A DNA stretch of 16,409 nt from Candidatus Caldarchaeales archaeon. Its GTDB lineage: Archaea; Thermoproteota; Nitrososphaeria_A; Caldarchaeales; Wolframiiraptoraceae. The stretch covers positions 1 to 16,409 of the forward strand of contig JBCNVN010000030.1 in the NCBI GenBank assembly GCA_039630055.1, read 5' to 3'. Made by a program: the position numbers and the translations under genes. Under the pieces are notes generated by a model that was given only the letters and a program-made list of their open reading frames with translations, did not search any database and was not told the DNA's origin. Numbering within the stretch: the stretch's first letter is position 1; every line of letters starts with the position of its first letter. This document shows, piece after piece, positions 7,609-15,920 of this stretch.

Positions 7609-9177
7609 ATGTCGAGTAACACCTATTCTCTTGGCCGCATAGCTATAGCTACACATTCACCTTTAACCTCAAAGATAGCATTAGAAATAATTCAAGATGG
7701 AGGAAATGCTGTTGATGCAGCAGTTACAGCATCACTACTTTTGAATATCCTCGAGCCTGGCTGGAGCGGCATAGGTGGGGGTGGATTCGCACTAGTCTAC
7801 TCAGAGGATCACGGAGTTAAGGCTCTAGACTATCGTGAGGTAGCACCATTAAAAGTTAGATTAGAGGAATATAGAAGTGAAGAAGATATATCTATAGGGT
7901 ATAGGGCTGTAGCTGTTCCTGGAACATTAAAAGGTCTCTGGATGATGCATCAAGAATTTGGAGAGGTTGAGTGGCATAAGATTATTGAGATAGTGATTAG
8001 ATATGCAGAGTCATGCCAAGTATCAGGTTTGTGGAGTAAATGTATGAGCAAAGATCTAGATAGAGCAATGTATAAGCTCAGGATCTGTTCGGAAAGTTAT
8101 AGAACATTTCTCAGAGATGGCGAAATATATCCAGAGAATTCAACCATATCTTTTAGAAATCTCGGCGAAACAATGAAGATGCTCAAACAAGGTATAGAAT
8201 ACTTCTATGAAGGAGAGTTAGCAGAAGAGGTTGAGACGATATTCTTTAACAATGGCGGGTTTTTATCTTCAAAAGACTTATCAGGATATAGGGCTATATG
8301 GAGAGATCCTATAATCGATGAAGTACAGATTTGTGGTAAAACTTTAAAGATTGCAGCTATGCCTCCACCTAGCTCAGCAGTATTATTGATCGAGGCTCTC
8401 AAGATCTTATCTCAGATGAAGCTAGATGGAGATTACTATTTGAAACTTGTATACCTACTATCCCATATAATCGATGAAAGATATACCATAATATCTGACC
8501 CAATATTTAATGAGGTTGATGTTGAGAGGCTTCTTTCAGAGACCCATATAAGAGAAGCTCTAGAATCTATTAAGAATAGAAGATTCACTTTTCATACTTC
8601 TAGAGATAGTGGTGGAACATCCCAAATAAGCATAGCAGATAGTAAGAACAAGATGTATGTATCTCTGACAGAAACGATCGAGTGTTTTATGGGTTCAGGG
8701 ATAACTGTTAGAGGCATCCTTTTAAATGATGAGATGCATGATTTTGAATTGCAGAGAGATCATCCGAATGTCATATATCCTGGTAAGAGACCTGCAAGCA
8801 GCATGTCACCCATGATCATATTCGATGAAGAAGAGCATCCACTAGCTGTATTAGGTGCTTCAGGAGGCATGAGGATTCTATCCTCAATTATACAGACCTT
8901 GCTCAACTATTTTATTAGAGGTCTCGATCCCGTCTCATCCATAATTGAGGGGCGAGTTCATGTTAGGAGAGATAATGTCGTCTTAGAAGATATAATTAGT
9001 GAAAAGGTTCAGGGTAGTCTACTAAAAGCAGGCTTGAAGATAGGTGAGGTTAGAGAGGTTTCAATGCATCCTGGAATAGACCTCTACTTTGGAGCGGTCC
9101 AGGCAGTATTTAGGAAAGATGATCTATTTTTAGCTGTTTCAGACTTGAGGAAGCAGCCTGGAGCATATGCAAGATGA
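7609..9177 (+). CDS. ggt: Gamma-glutamyltransferase family (Ntn hydrolase), cytoplasmic
   Basis: GGNAVDAA, SGIGGGGF, LDYRE.AP, AVPG, nucleophile Thr in GGTSQ, PGKRPASSMSP and GASGG. No signal peptide is visible. Confidence 0.9.
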   Translation: MSSNTYSLGRIAIATHSPLTSKIALEIIQDGGNAVDAAVTASLLLNILEPGWSGIGGGGFALVYSEDHGVKALDYREVAPLKVRLEEYRSEEDISIGYRAVAVPGTLKGLWMMHQEFGEVEWHKIIEIVIRYAESCQVSGLWSKCMSKDLDRAMYKLRICSESYRTFLRDGEIYPENSTISFRNLGETMKMLKQGIEYFYEGELAEEVETIFFNNGGFLSSKDLSGYRAIWRDPIIDEVQICGKTLKIAAMPPPSSAVLLIEALKILSQMKLDGDYYLKLVYLLSHIIDERYTIISDPIFNEVDVERLLSETHIREALESIKNRRFTFHTSRDSGGTSQISIADSKNKMYVSLTETIECFMGSGITVRGILLNDEMHDFELQRDHPNVIYPGKRPASSMSPMIIFDEEEHPLAVLGASGGMRILSSIIQTLLNYFIRGLDPVSSIIEGRVHVRRDNVVLEDIISEKVQGSLLKAGLKIGEVREVSMHPGIDLYFGAVQAVFRKDDLFLAVSDLRKQPGAYAR

Positions 9178-9336
9178 TAAATCATCATGCAGTATGAAAT
9201 CATCTTCCTAGATATATGTATTATTTTTCAATCAAACAATTAACCAGATACTTATGAGATGAAAGATTTATGCAATTTGATTAGAAACCTGAGATAAGTT
9301 CATAAACTTCTAAAAGGACGATATAGAGTAGAGTAG

Positions 9337-9436
9337 GCCCCGGTAGCTCAGCCTGGTAGAGCACTGGCTTGGTAAAGGGATACTATAATCTACAATGAGC
9401 CAGGGGTCGCGGGTTCAAACCCCGCCCGGGGCTCCA
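9337..9436 (+). tRNA. tRNA-Thr(GGT) with a 23-nt intron at 37/38 and encoded CCA
   Basis: Acceptor stem GCCCCGG/CCGGGGC, D arm GCTC/GAGC, anticodon stem CTGGC/GCCAG with TT-GGT-A, T arm GCGGG-TTCAAAC-CCCGC, U73 discriminator (9433), CCA 9434-9436. Confidence 0.93.
9375..9397 (+). other. tRNA intron (canonical position, relaxed bulge-helix-bulge)
   Basis: Removing AAGGGATACTATAATCTACAATG restores a 7-nt anticodon loop, TTGGTAA. Confidence 0.85.
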
Positions 9437-9567
9437 TCCTTATCCTCCAATCTTCTTTTGTATAGGTTAAGCTCCAGTTATCTACTTTTACATAGTAAAT
9501 TACTTGCTCTCCATATCTACAATCCATCCTTCATCTATGTTAATATTTTTATACTCTTAAAATGTAG

Positions 9568-10233
9568 ATGTTTCTGATGGTTGAACAAGAGAAGCATAGA
9601 TGCAAGGTTTGCGGTAAGACATTTAGAAGTGAGTCTGGTCTAAGAACTCATATGAGAGTCGACCATGCAGGGCGTTATTACTCTATTAGAATAGGCATAC
9701 CATTAATACTAGTAATAATAGGTATAATATTCTTCAGCATATTTGCGAGTCCACTAACTGAAAATATGCAGAGTAGTTTAACCACACCATCAAAATCTTC
9801 AACCGATACGACTGGCACGTTAAAGAAGGCTCCAGAATTTACTCTTACAGCCTACAGTCCTCCAGATCTAGGAAAAGTTAGCCTATCTGATTTTGAGGGG
9901 AAACCAGTCTTCCTAGAGTTCTTCTCACCCACATGCTATTATTGTTTAAGAATGATACCTACGATTGAGAAATTGTCTGAAAGGTATGTGGACAAGATGG
10001 TTTTTATAATCATCTCAGTACCAGATAGGGATAATCTTGACAAGGTAGTTGAAGAATATGGATTGAGACAGAAAATACTTTTAGATTATAGTAATCTAAC
10101 TGTTTTTAGAGATTATGGAGTTACTGGTACTCCAACATTCTTCATACTAGACAGAGACCATAATATAGTTAAGAGGCTTGAGGGTGCAAGATCTGAAGAT
10201 ATTTTAATTTCTGCGATCGAAGAAGTTGTATGA
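9568..10233 (+). CDS. C2H2 zinc finger + transmembrane helix + TlpA/ResA-like thioredoxin
   Basis: CKVC-x12-H-x4-H, TM segment IGIPLILVIIGIIFFSIFA, S/T-rich linker, APEFTL, FFSPTCYYC, YGVTGTPTF. The start is ATG 9568 or 9577. Confidence 0.85.
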   Translation: MFLMVEQEKHRCKVCGKTFRSESGLRTHMRVDHAGRYYSIRIGIPLILVIIGIIFFSIFASPLTENMQSSLTTPSKSSTDTTGTLKKAPEFTLTAYSPPDLGKVSLSDFEGKPVFLEFFSPTCYYCLRMIPTIEKLSERYVDKMVFIIISVPDRDNLDKVVEEYGLRQKILLDYSNLTVFRDYGVTGTPTFFILDRDHNIVKRLEGARSEDILISAIEEVV

Positions 10234-10643
10234 TGAATAAAAAAATCTGGAATTTTTCATTGATAGTTATCTCCCTGGCCGGGATCGGATTATCATTAAC
10301 TCTAGAATATATTTCAAATAATCCTGTCTGCCCCATTGGTTTTGAAGGATGTGACCAAGTTTTACTAAGCCCATACTCTAAAATCTTTGGGATATCTTGG
10401 GCCATCCTAGGAGCATCTTGGTTCACAGTACTCTTTATACTCACGATCTTCACATTCCATAACATAAGAAGGAGTTTATCGTTAATACTACTGGGTTGGT
10501 CTCTGATAAGTATTCCATCAGTAATAATCCTAGTTCTAATAGAGATATTTCTGGTAGGGGCCATCTGTATATACTGTACAATATCCCACATCATAGGTCT
10601 CTCATCAATTCTCCCAGCATATAAGATCAGTAAACAGTCTTAA
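10230..10643 (+). CDS. Vitamin K epoxide reductase (VKOR) family protein
   Basis: Loop cysteines in CPIGFEGC, V..SPYS, active-site CIYC and 4 TM helices. ATGA overlap with the upstream gene. Confidence 0.92.
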   Translation: MMNKKIWNFSLIVISLAGIGLSLTLEYISNNPVCPIGFEGCDQVLLSPYSKIFGISWAILGASWFTVLFILTIFTFHNIRRSLSLILLGWSLISIPSVIILVLIEIFLVGAICIYCTISHIIGLSSILPAYKISKQS

Positions 10644-10782
10644 TCGGGCTCATCCTCTAAAGACGAGGTATTACTTTTAGGACCTGGTTCAGACATTATG
10701 GAGAAAAGAGAAAACTTAAAATTTGTTCTTAATTAATCTTCTAACAGTTAATGTTGATTGGAAAAGCTCTGATAAGTGATCT

Positions 10783-11289
10783 GTGATGAGCCTTAGTGAT
10801 AGAGAGAAGTTAGAATTGATGAGACAAGGGATAATTAGAGGTTTTATTATTCCCAAGCTTGAAGAACGTGGATATCTGGTCAGCTACTGGAAGAGACCTA
10901 TATCGTTAGAAGACATGTATCTGAGAGACGATGGCTGGAAACCATTGTTCAGCCATTTCACAAGCTGGGAGACCTATAAGAAAGACTATCCTCTATACTT
11001 ATTCTTCAATACTTTTTATGGAGATGTATATGAGAAAGCTTACAAGAACTGTTTCGTAGAATATCTATTGAGAGTTCTCAACTATCAGCTAACCCCTTCT
11101 CTGATAGGGACATTTACTAGATTAAACGTGAGTAATGGATACTATTGGAAGCATAGGATACCGATAAATCTTTCATTTCCAGAAGCATGTGTAAGAGTAA
11201 TAGATGCAACATATGATGAGCTAGTCATATCTCTAGCTAGAGAAAAAGTACTTAATGAGTTAGAAAACCTAGATAACTCATCTGTATAA
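10783..11289 (+). CDS. Hypothetical protein
   Basis: 168-aa ORF rich in aromatic residues, with no recognised motif. The start is GTG 10783 or ATG 10786. Confidence 0.7.
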   Translation: MMSLSDREKLELMRQGIIRGFIIPKLEERGYLVSYWKRPISLEDMYLRDDGWKPLFSHFTSWETYKKDYPLYLFFNTFYGDVYEKAYKNCFVEYLLRVLNYQLTPSLIGTFTRLNVSNGYYWKHRIPINLSFPEACVRVIDATYDELVISLAREKVLNELENLDNSSV

Positions 11290-11410
11290 ACTATATGAGG
11301 AGAATAATACTTTATACTTTAAACAGATAAGATTGTATGACAGATATCAACCAATCCATCGCTGGTGAGAGATCCCTCCTTTAAGTATCAATCATAGTTA
11401 TAGTGAACTT

Positions 11411-11423
11411 AAAATTTTATAAA
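11411..11423 (+). promoter_or_regulatory. BRE/TATA promoter for the nucleoside hydrolase (leaderless or short leader)
   Basis: AAAA followed by TTTATAAA (11416-11423), 28 nt before ATG 11452. Confidence 0.6.
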
Positions 11424-11451
11424 CGAGATAAACCAAAAATTTTCAGACATT

Positions 11452-12390
11452 ATGGTTAGAAAAATTATTCTAGACATGGATCCAGGGATAGATGATGCAC
11501 TAGCGATCTTATTAGCTCTTAGATCTCCTGAATTAGAAGTTCTAGGGATAAGTATTGTAAGTGGGAATGTTCATGCAAATAAAGGAGCGATAAACGCACT
11601 GAGAACACTTGAGATACTGAATAGAGGAGATATCCCAGTATATATTGGTCAGATCAAACCCTTATTGAGAGAGCTTGAAGTAGCTGAGAGTATACATGGA
11701 TCAGATGGGCTAGGAGATGCAGATATACAAATACCTTTAAGAAAACCGGAGAAGAAAAAAGGGGTATTGTTCATTATAGATACTGTGATGGAATCTGACC
11801 CCGGGGAGATAACTATAATAGCTACAGGACCCTTAACAAATATCGCTTCAGCCCTCCTAATAGAGCCTAGGATAGCTACACATATTCAAGAGTTAATAAT
11901 TATGGGTGGAGCATATGGTCTAACCGAGTATGGATTCGGCAACTGCACCCCCGTCTCTGAGTTTAATATCTATACCGATCCAGAAGCAGCCAAGATAGTA
12001 TTTGAATCTGGAGCACCGATAACAGCGATTGGGTTAGACGTTACAACCGATCCAACAACAATCTTGACGAAAGATACATATGATCTTCTTAAGAAGACCA
12101 ATTCGACAACAGCTAATTTTATAGTAAGGATATGTAAGAGATTGATCGATCTATTTGGATATCTCCAGCTTCATGATCCGATAGCTGTTAGTGCTGCTAT
12201 TGATAGGAAACTCTTCAAGACTTCTCCATACTATGTAGAGGTAGTAACGATGGATGGAGTCACGAGAGGACAGACATTAATTGATAGAAGACCCTATCCA
12301 TTTATAGAGAAGAAGAAACCGAACGCTGATATAGCGTACTGGATAGATGGAGAAAGATTCTTAAAACTATTTCTGGATCGAGTAAGGTAA
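11452..12390 (+). CDS. Inosine/uridine-preferring nucleoside hydrolase family
   Basis: DMDPGIDD, SGNV, IHGSDGLG, TGPLTN, MGG, EFNIYTDPEAA and LHDP. Confidence 0.95.
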   Translation: MVRKIILDMDPGIDDALAILLALRSPELEVLGISIVSGNVHANKGAINALRTLEILNRGDIPVYIGQIKPLLRELEVAESIHGSDGLGDADIQIPLRKPEKKKGVLFIIDTVMESDPGEITIIATGPLTNIASALLIEPRIATHIQELIIMGGAYGLTEYGFGNCTPVSEFNIYTDPEAAKIVFESGAPITAIGLDVTTDPTTILTKDTYDLLKKTNSTTANFIVRICKRLIDLFGYLQLHDPIAVSAAIDRKLFKTSPYYVEVVTMDGVTRGQTLIDRRPYPFIEKKKPNADIAYWIDGERFLKLFLDRVR

Positions 12391-12455
12391 GCTATCACAT
12401 GAACTGAGACAATGATTAAATAATTTGATCTTTTGAAGACTTCTGTTTAGAGATT

Positions 12456-13292
12456 TTATTGTATTCTATCTTTAAGATAGTTCTTGAAATCTTCTAATGC
12501 TTCCTGAATAGTTAGAGAATCGAAGTTTAAACCAAAGTTTCTAAGCTCTCTACATAGTTGAACAATTTGTGGAGGTTTAATTGAGGCCCTCTCTAGCAAT
12601 TCTATCTTTGAGAAGATCTCTCTGGTCGTGCCATCTCCAACTATCTCTCCCTTAGCCATTAAGATAGTCCTATCAGTAGCTTCAGCAACAAATCTCATAT
12701 CATGTGTTATAACTATCACAGTCTTACCTTCTCTATTGAGCTTGTCAACAAGCTTCATAATCTCCTTTCTACCTCTATGGTCTTGACCGCTTGTAGGCTC
12801 GTCTAACACATATACTTCAGGATCCATCGCTATTATTGATGCGATCGTTAGTAACTTCATCTGCCCATAGTTGAGATCATATGGATTATAGTTTTCATAT
12901 CCTCTCAATCCAACAAGTTCTAGAGCTAGCTTTACTCTCCTGTCCACTTCATGGGAGGTTAAACCTTGGTTTTGAGGCCCATAGGCAACCTCTTCATAAA
13001 CACTCTTTCTAAAGATCTGGTGGACAGGGTTTTGGAAAACATATCCTACAATATTGACGAGGAGGCTGGTTGGGGTCAGCTTGGTATTTAATCCCTTAAC
13101 AATCACATCCCCCCGAGTTGGTTTTAATAACCCGTTTAGATGTTTCGCTAATGTAGTCTTTCCACTTCCATTCTGACCTATTAGAGCTATCTTCTCACCT
13201 CTTCCTATTCTCAGATTCACACCTCTAAGCGCTACCACTTCTTCACTATACTTGAACCAAAGATCTCTAATCTCGATTATAGTCTCACTCAT
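12456..13292 (-). CDS. ecfA2: ECF transporter ATPase (EcfA' type)
   Basis: Walker A GQNGSGKT, VFQNP, degenerate signature LNYGQ, LDEPT and ITHD. Confidence 0.88.
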   Translation of the reverse strand: MSETIIEIRDLWFKYSEEVVALRGVNLRIGRGEKIALIGQNGSGKTTLAKHLNGLLKPTRGDVIVKGLNTKLTPTSLLVNIVGYVFQNPVHQIFRKSVYEEVAYGPQNQGLTSHEVDRRVKLALELVGLRGYENYNPYDLNYGQMKLLTIASIIAMDPEVYVLDEPTSGQDHRGRKEIMKLVDKLNREGKTVIVITHDMRFVAEATDRTILMAKGEIVGDGTTREIFSKIELLERASIKPPQIVQLCRELRNFGLNFDSLTIQEALEDFKNYLKDRIQ

Positions 13293-14151
13293 ACTCTTTT
13301 ATCACTTCTCTAAAAATCTTTAGAGCTTCTGGTAGAGTGATTGGATATTCCTTAAAGCTTATCCCTAGCTCTCTCTCAAGCAAGAATACGAGCTCTGTTA
13401 TAGAGGGAGGATCGATGCCGATGTTCTTCAACTTCTCCACCTCTCTTAAGACTGACCTAGCATCATCTAGTGAAAACATTCTTCCTTCATTTAGTACTAA
13501 GATCTTATCTACGAAATATGCAAGTTCTTCAATCTCATGTTCAGCGATCACTATGGTCGATCCATCCTTTGCTAAGTCTTTAACTATTGAGAGAACTTGA
13601 TGTTTACTTATCGGGTCTAGGAGGGATACGGGCTCATCTAGGACCATCACTTCAGGTCTCATAGCTAAGACTGTGGCTATGGCTAACCTCTGCTGCTCTC
13701 CACCACTAAGCTCAAATGGTGATCTCTTCTCAAACCCTTTAAGTTCCACCTTCTTCAAAGCTTCTTCAATCCTTTCTTTCATCACCTCTGGAGGAAAGCC
13801 GAGCATCGAGAGTCCGAAGCCGACTTCATCTTCAACCGTTAATGCGAGGCCGGAGAGCTGGGTCTCTGGTTCTTGAAAGACCAGTCCCACCTTTAATGAG
13901 AGCCTGTCTACAGTATTCTCAAGCGTATCCATGCCAGCTACATAGACTCTACCTTTAATGATTCCACCATAGAAATGTGGGACTAAGCCATTCAATGATT
14001 TACAGAGAGTAGATTTACCTGATCCATTCGGTCCTATGACACCTAAAATCTCGCCAGGATAGATCTTGAGGTCGATGTCTACGAGAGCATTAGGATGCGT
14101 CGGGTAAGAATATGAGAAGTGATCAAATACTATTATATGTTCTTTCGACAT
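13285..14151 (-). CDS. ecfA1: ECF transporter ATPase (EcfA type)
   Basis: GPNGSGKS, VFQEPE, LSGGEQQR and LDEP. Confidence 0.9.
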   Translation of the reverse strand: MSKEHIIVFDHFSYSYPTHPNALVDIDLKIYPGEILGVIGPNGSGKSTLCKSLNGLVPHFYGGIIKGRVYVAGMDTLENTVDRLSLKVGLVFQEPETQLSGLALTVEDEVGFGLSMLGFPPEVMKERIEEALKKVELKGFEKRSPFELSGGEQQRLAIATVLAMRPEVMVLDEPVSLLDPISKHQVLSIVKDLAKDGSTIVIAEHEIEELAYFVDKILVLNEGRMFSLDDARSVLREVEKLKNIGIDPPSITELVFLLERELGISFKEYPITLPEALKIFREVIKEYE

Positions 14152-14157
14152 AATTCT

Positions 14158-15002
14158 TCACCCTATTACCAAGTAGAACTTTATACCGCTTAATGGTGAG
14201 AATCCATATTGTAGGTAGATATATGTAAAAATTACCGTTAGAAGGATTATACCGGCTAGGAAGGCGTAGTCTCTATTCTTAAACTTTAGATCGTATGGCC
14301 ATGTTTTCTCTACTGGTGCACTAAATCCTCTTGACTCAAGCGCTATAGCTCTGATCTGTACTTTGTTTAAAGTGCTTAAAGTCAGCGGGATTAATATGGC
14401 TAGATAATTTCCAAGCCTCTTCACGATGTTCACATCAGTTCTTAAACCTCTAGATTTCTGCGCTTGTAGGATCGTCTGTACCTCACTTAACATAATCGAT
14501 GTTAGCTGAAGAGAGCTGGCTACAATATAGATGAACTTGAAAGGCATCTTAAGTTTAAAGAGTAATGCTATCAACTTTATAGGCTCTGTTGTGAAGAGGA
14601 ATAGAATAGCAGAAGTGAGGCATACAGCTATTCTCGATAGGAATACAACCCCCCAAGCAACCCCTTCATAATATAGCGTGAAATCCCATTGAAAGACTCT
14701 TATACTGTATATTGGGGTTTCATTCCATGGAAATAATGCTCCTAAGATCGGTACCGACACAGCCATCCATGGTATAATTATTATTGTAAATGCTCCGACT
14801 ATTCTCTTAAGAGTCTTCCCAACAATAGCGAGAACCATTATACCGATGAAAAGAAGATGTTAACATAATAATCTAGAAAAATGTATGCCCAGACTGAGAT
14901 CCATAAGAAGAATAAGAATTTTATACGTGGATCTATCTTATGTAATGGAGAATCTTGTTCCTGAACCTTTCGTTGTAGTAGGCTTGTGAAAAGGGAGCTC
15001 AT
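14158..15002 (-). pseudogene. ecfT: ECF transporter T component, frameshifted near codon 50
   Basis: ATG 15002 gives MSSLF...SPLHKIDPRIK (typical EcfT N-terminus), ending at TAA 14840-14838. The remainder (AQKSRG, ALESRGF) is in the -1 frame, consistent with one base missing within 14841-14859. Confidence 0.82.
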
Positions 15003-15034
15003 CCCACCGAAAAATAGTTAGGAGTTTTAAAAAC

Positions 15035-15640
15035 CTATCTTCGAACTATCTTAAATTTTTCAGGTATTCTACCTGCGATAATCAATGCAACAATGTAAGA
15101 GATGATCTTGTCCGGTATCTCTGTTGAGACTTGCTGTACATAGTTTGCAAGCCAGAAATTGCCTGTAGATGCAAGTGTAGCGCTATAGATTGCGGCAGGT
15201 ATAGGTTTCCACAGTGGCCCACCTCCAAACAATGTTATAGTTATAATCGTTGTATATATTGGGTATATCAATCCAAATATTATGCATGGGATTATGATTG
15301 TAGGTTTTCGGATATTAGTCCAGCCCATCTTTATAGAGAACCAAGTTATTATCGCTATCAAGATGTTTGCCGTCCCCCAAACCCATGATGGAAGACCCTA
15401 TATAGTTAAAGCCATTACGATATTGTATAGGAAAACTCCAACAGCTCCTATTACGAACCCGCTTACTAGGGTTCCAAGCATATTTGCCCAGGTATCGCCC
15501 CATATTGGCAGTTTGAGTACTTCAACTATAACACCTCCTACATAGTTTAAAGCAACGACAGCAGGGATCATAACCAAAGCAATAACCTTAGCACCGGTGG
15601 GAACTACCTTAACTTCTTTACTAACTTCTTTCTCTACCAC
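15035..15640 (-). pseudogene. ECF S component (LKLP.W.D family) with an in-frame TAG
   Basis: The two ORF-track pieces are in one frame: ...VMALTI*GLPSWVWGTANILIAII..., with TAG at 15400-15398. Motifs IPAVVALNYVGG, LKLPIWGD and EIPDK. The likely start is GTG 15640. Confidence 0.82.
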
Positions 15641-15662
15641 AATACAAATATATCTTTTCAAA

Positions 15663-15676
15663 TATATAAAATTTTT
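15663..15676 (-). promoter_or_regulatory. BRE/TATA promoter of the ECF operon (leaderless)
   Basis: On the minus strand, AAAAA then TTTATATA (15670-15663), 22 nt before GTG 15640. Confidence 0.6.
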
Positions 15677-15920
15677 AATTTTTAATAATTTTTATGTTAA
15701 TGGCAACCTATATAAATGCCATTATGCATCCTCAAATTAAGTCTTAAACGTAGTTCGACTAGATGATGTGGTCAAAAATATTTTAGTTGGATGAAAGATT
15801 CTATCGTTCTTATTTCATCTTCATATTCATCTAGAACGAGATGATATAGTAGGATAAGAAGAAAAGAGAATAAGTTATGTTATAATAATAAAATAAGATA
15901 AAAGATAAGATTTAGTATTT

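Noticed and set aside
9395-9577. 60-aa ORF
   Set aside because: It starts inside the tRNA gene and is spurious.
9337-11289. Integrated element at tRNA-Thr
   Set aside because: No duplicated tRNA 3' end, integrase or compositional shift is visible in the window.
10169-15545. ORFs 10169-10594, 13337-13600, 13673-13876, 15131-15388, 15282-15545 and 15315-15503
   Set aside because: They are alternative-frame or antisense overlaps of the VKOR and ECF genes.
15035-15640. Genome-wide TAG recoding
   Set aside because: TAG ends several genes at their expected C-termini (1598, 2310, 2329, 3888, 3990).
15641-15720. Riboswitch upstream of the ECF operon
   Set aside because: The TATA position implies a leaderless transcript, and no aptamer-like motif is seen.
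15852-15920. AAGATAA-like short repeats as a CRISPR or tandem array
   Set aside because: This is a low-complexity tract with no spacer periodicity. It is T-rich on the minus strand and is plausibly just the radical SAM gene's terminator region.
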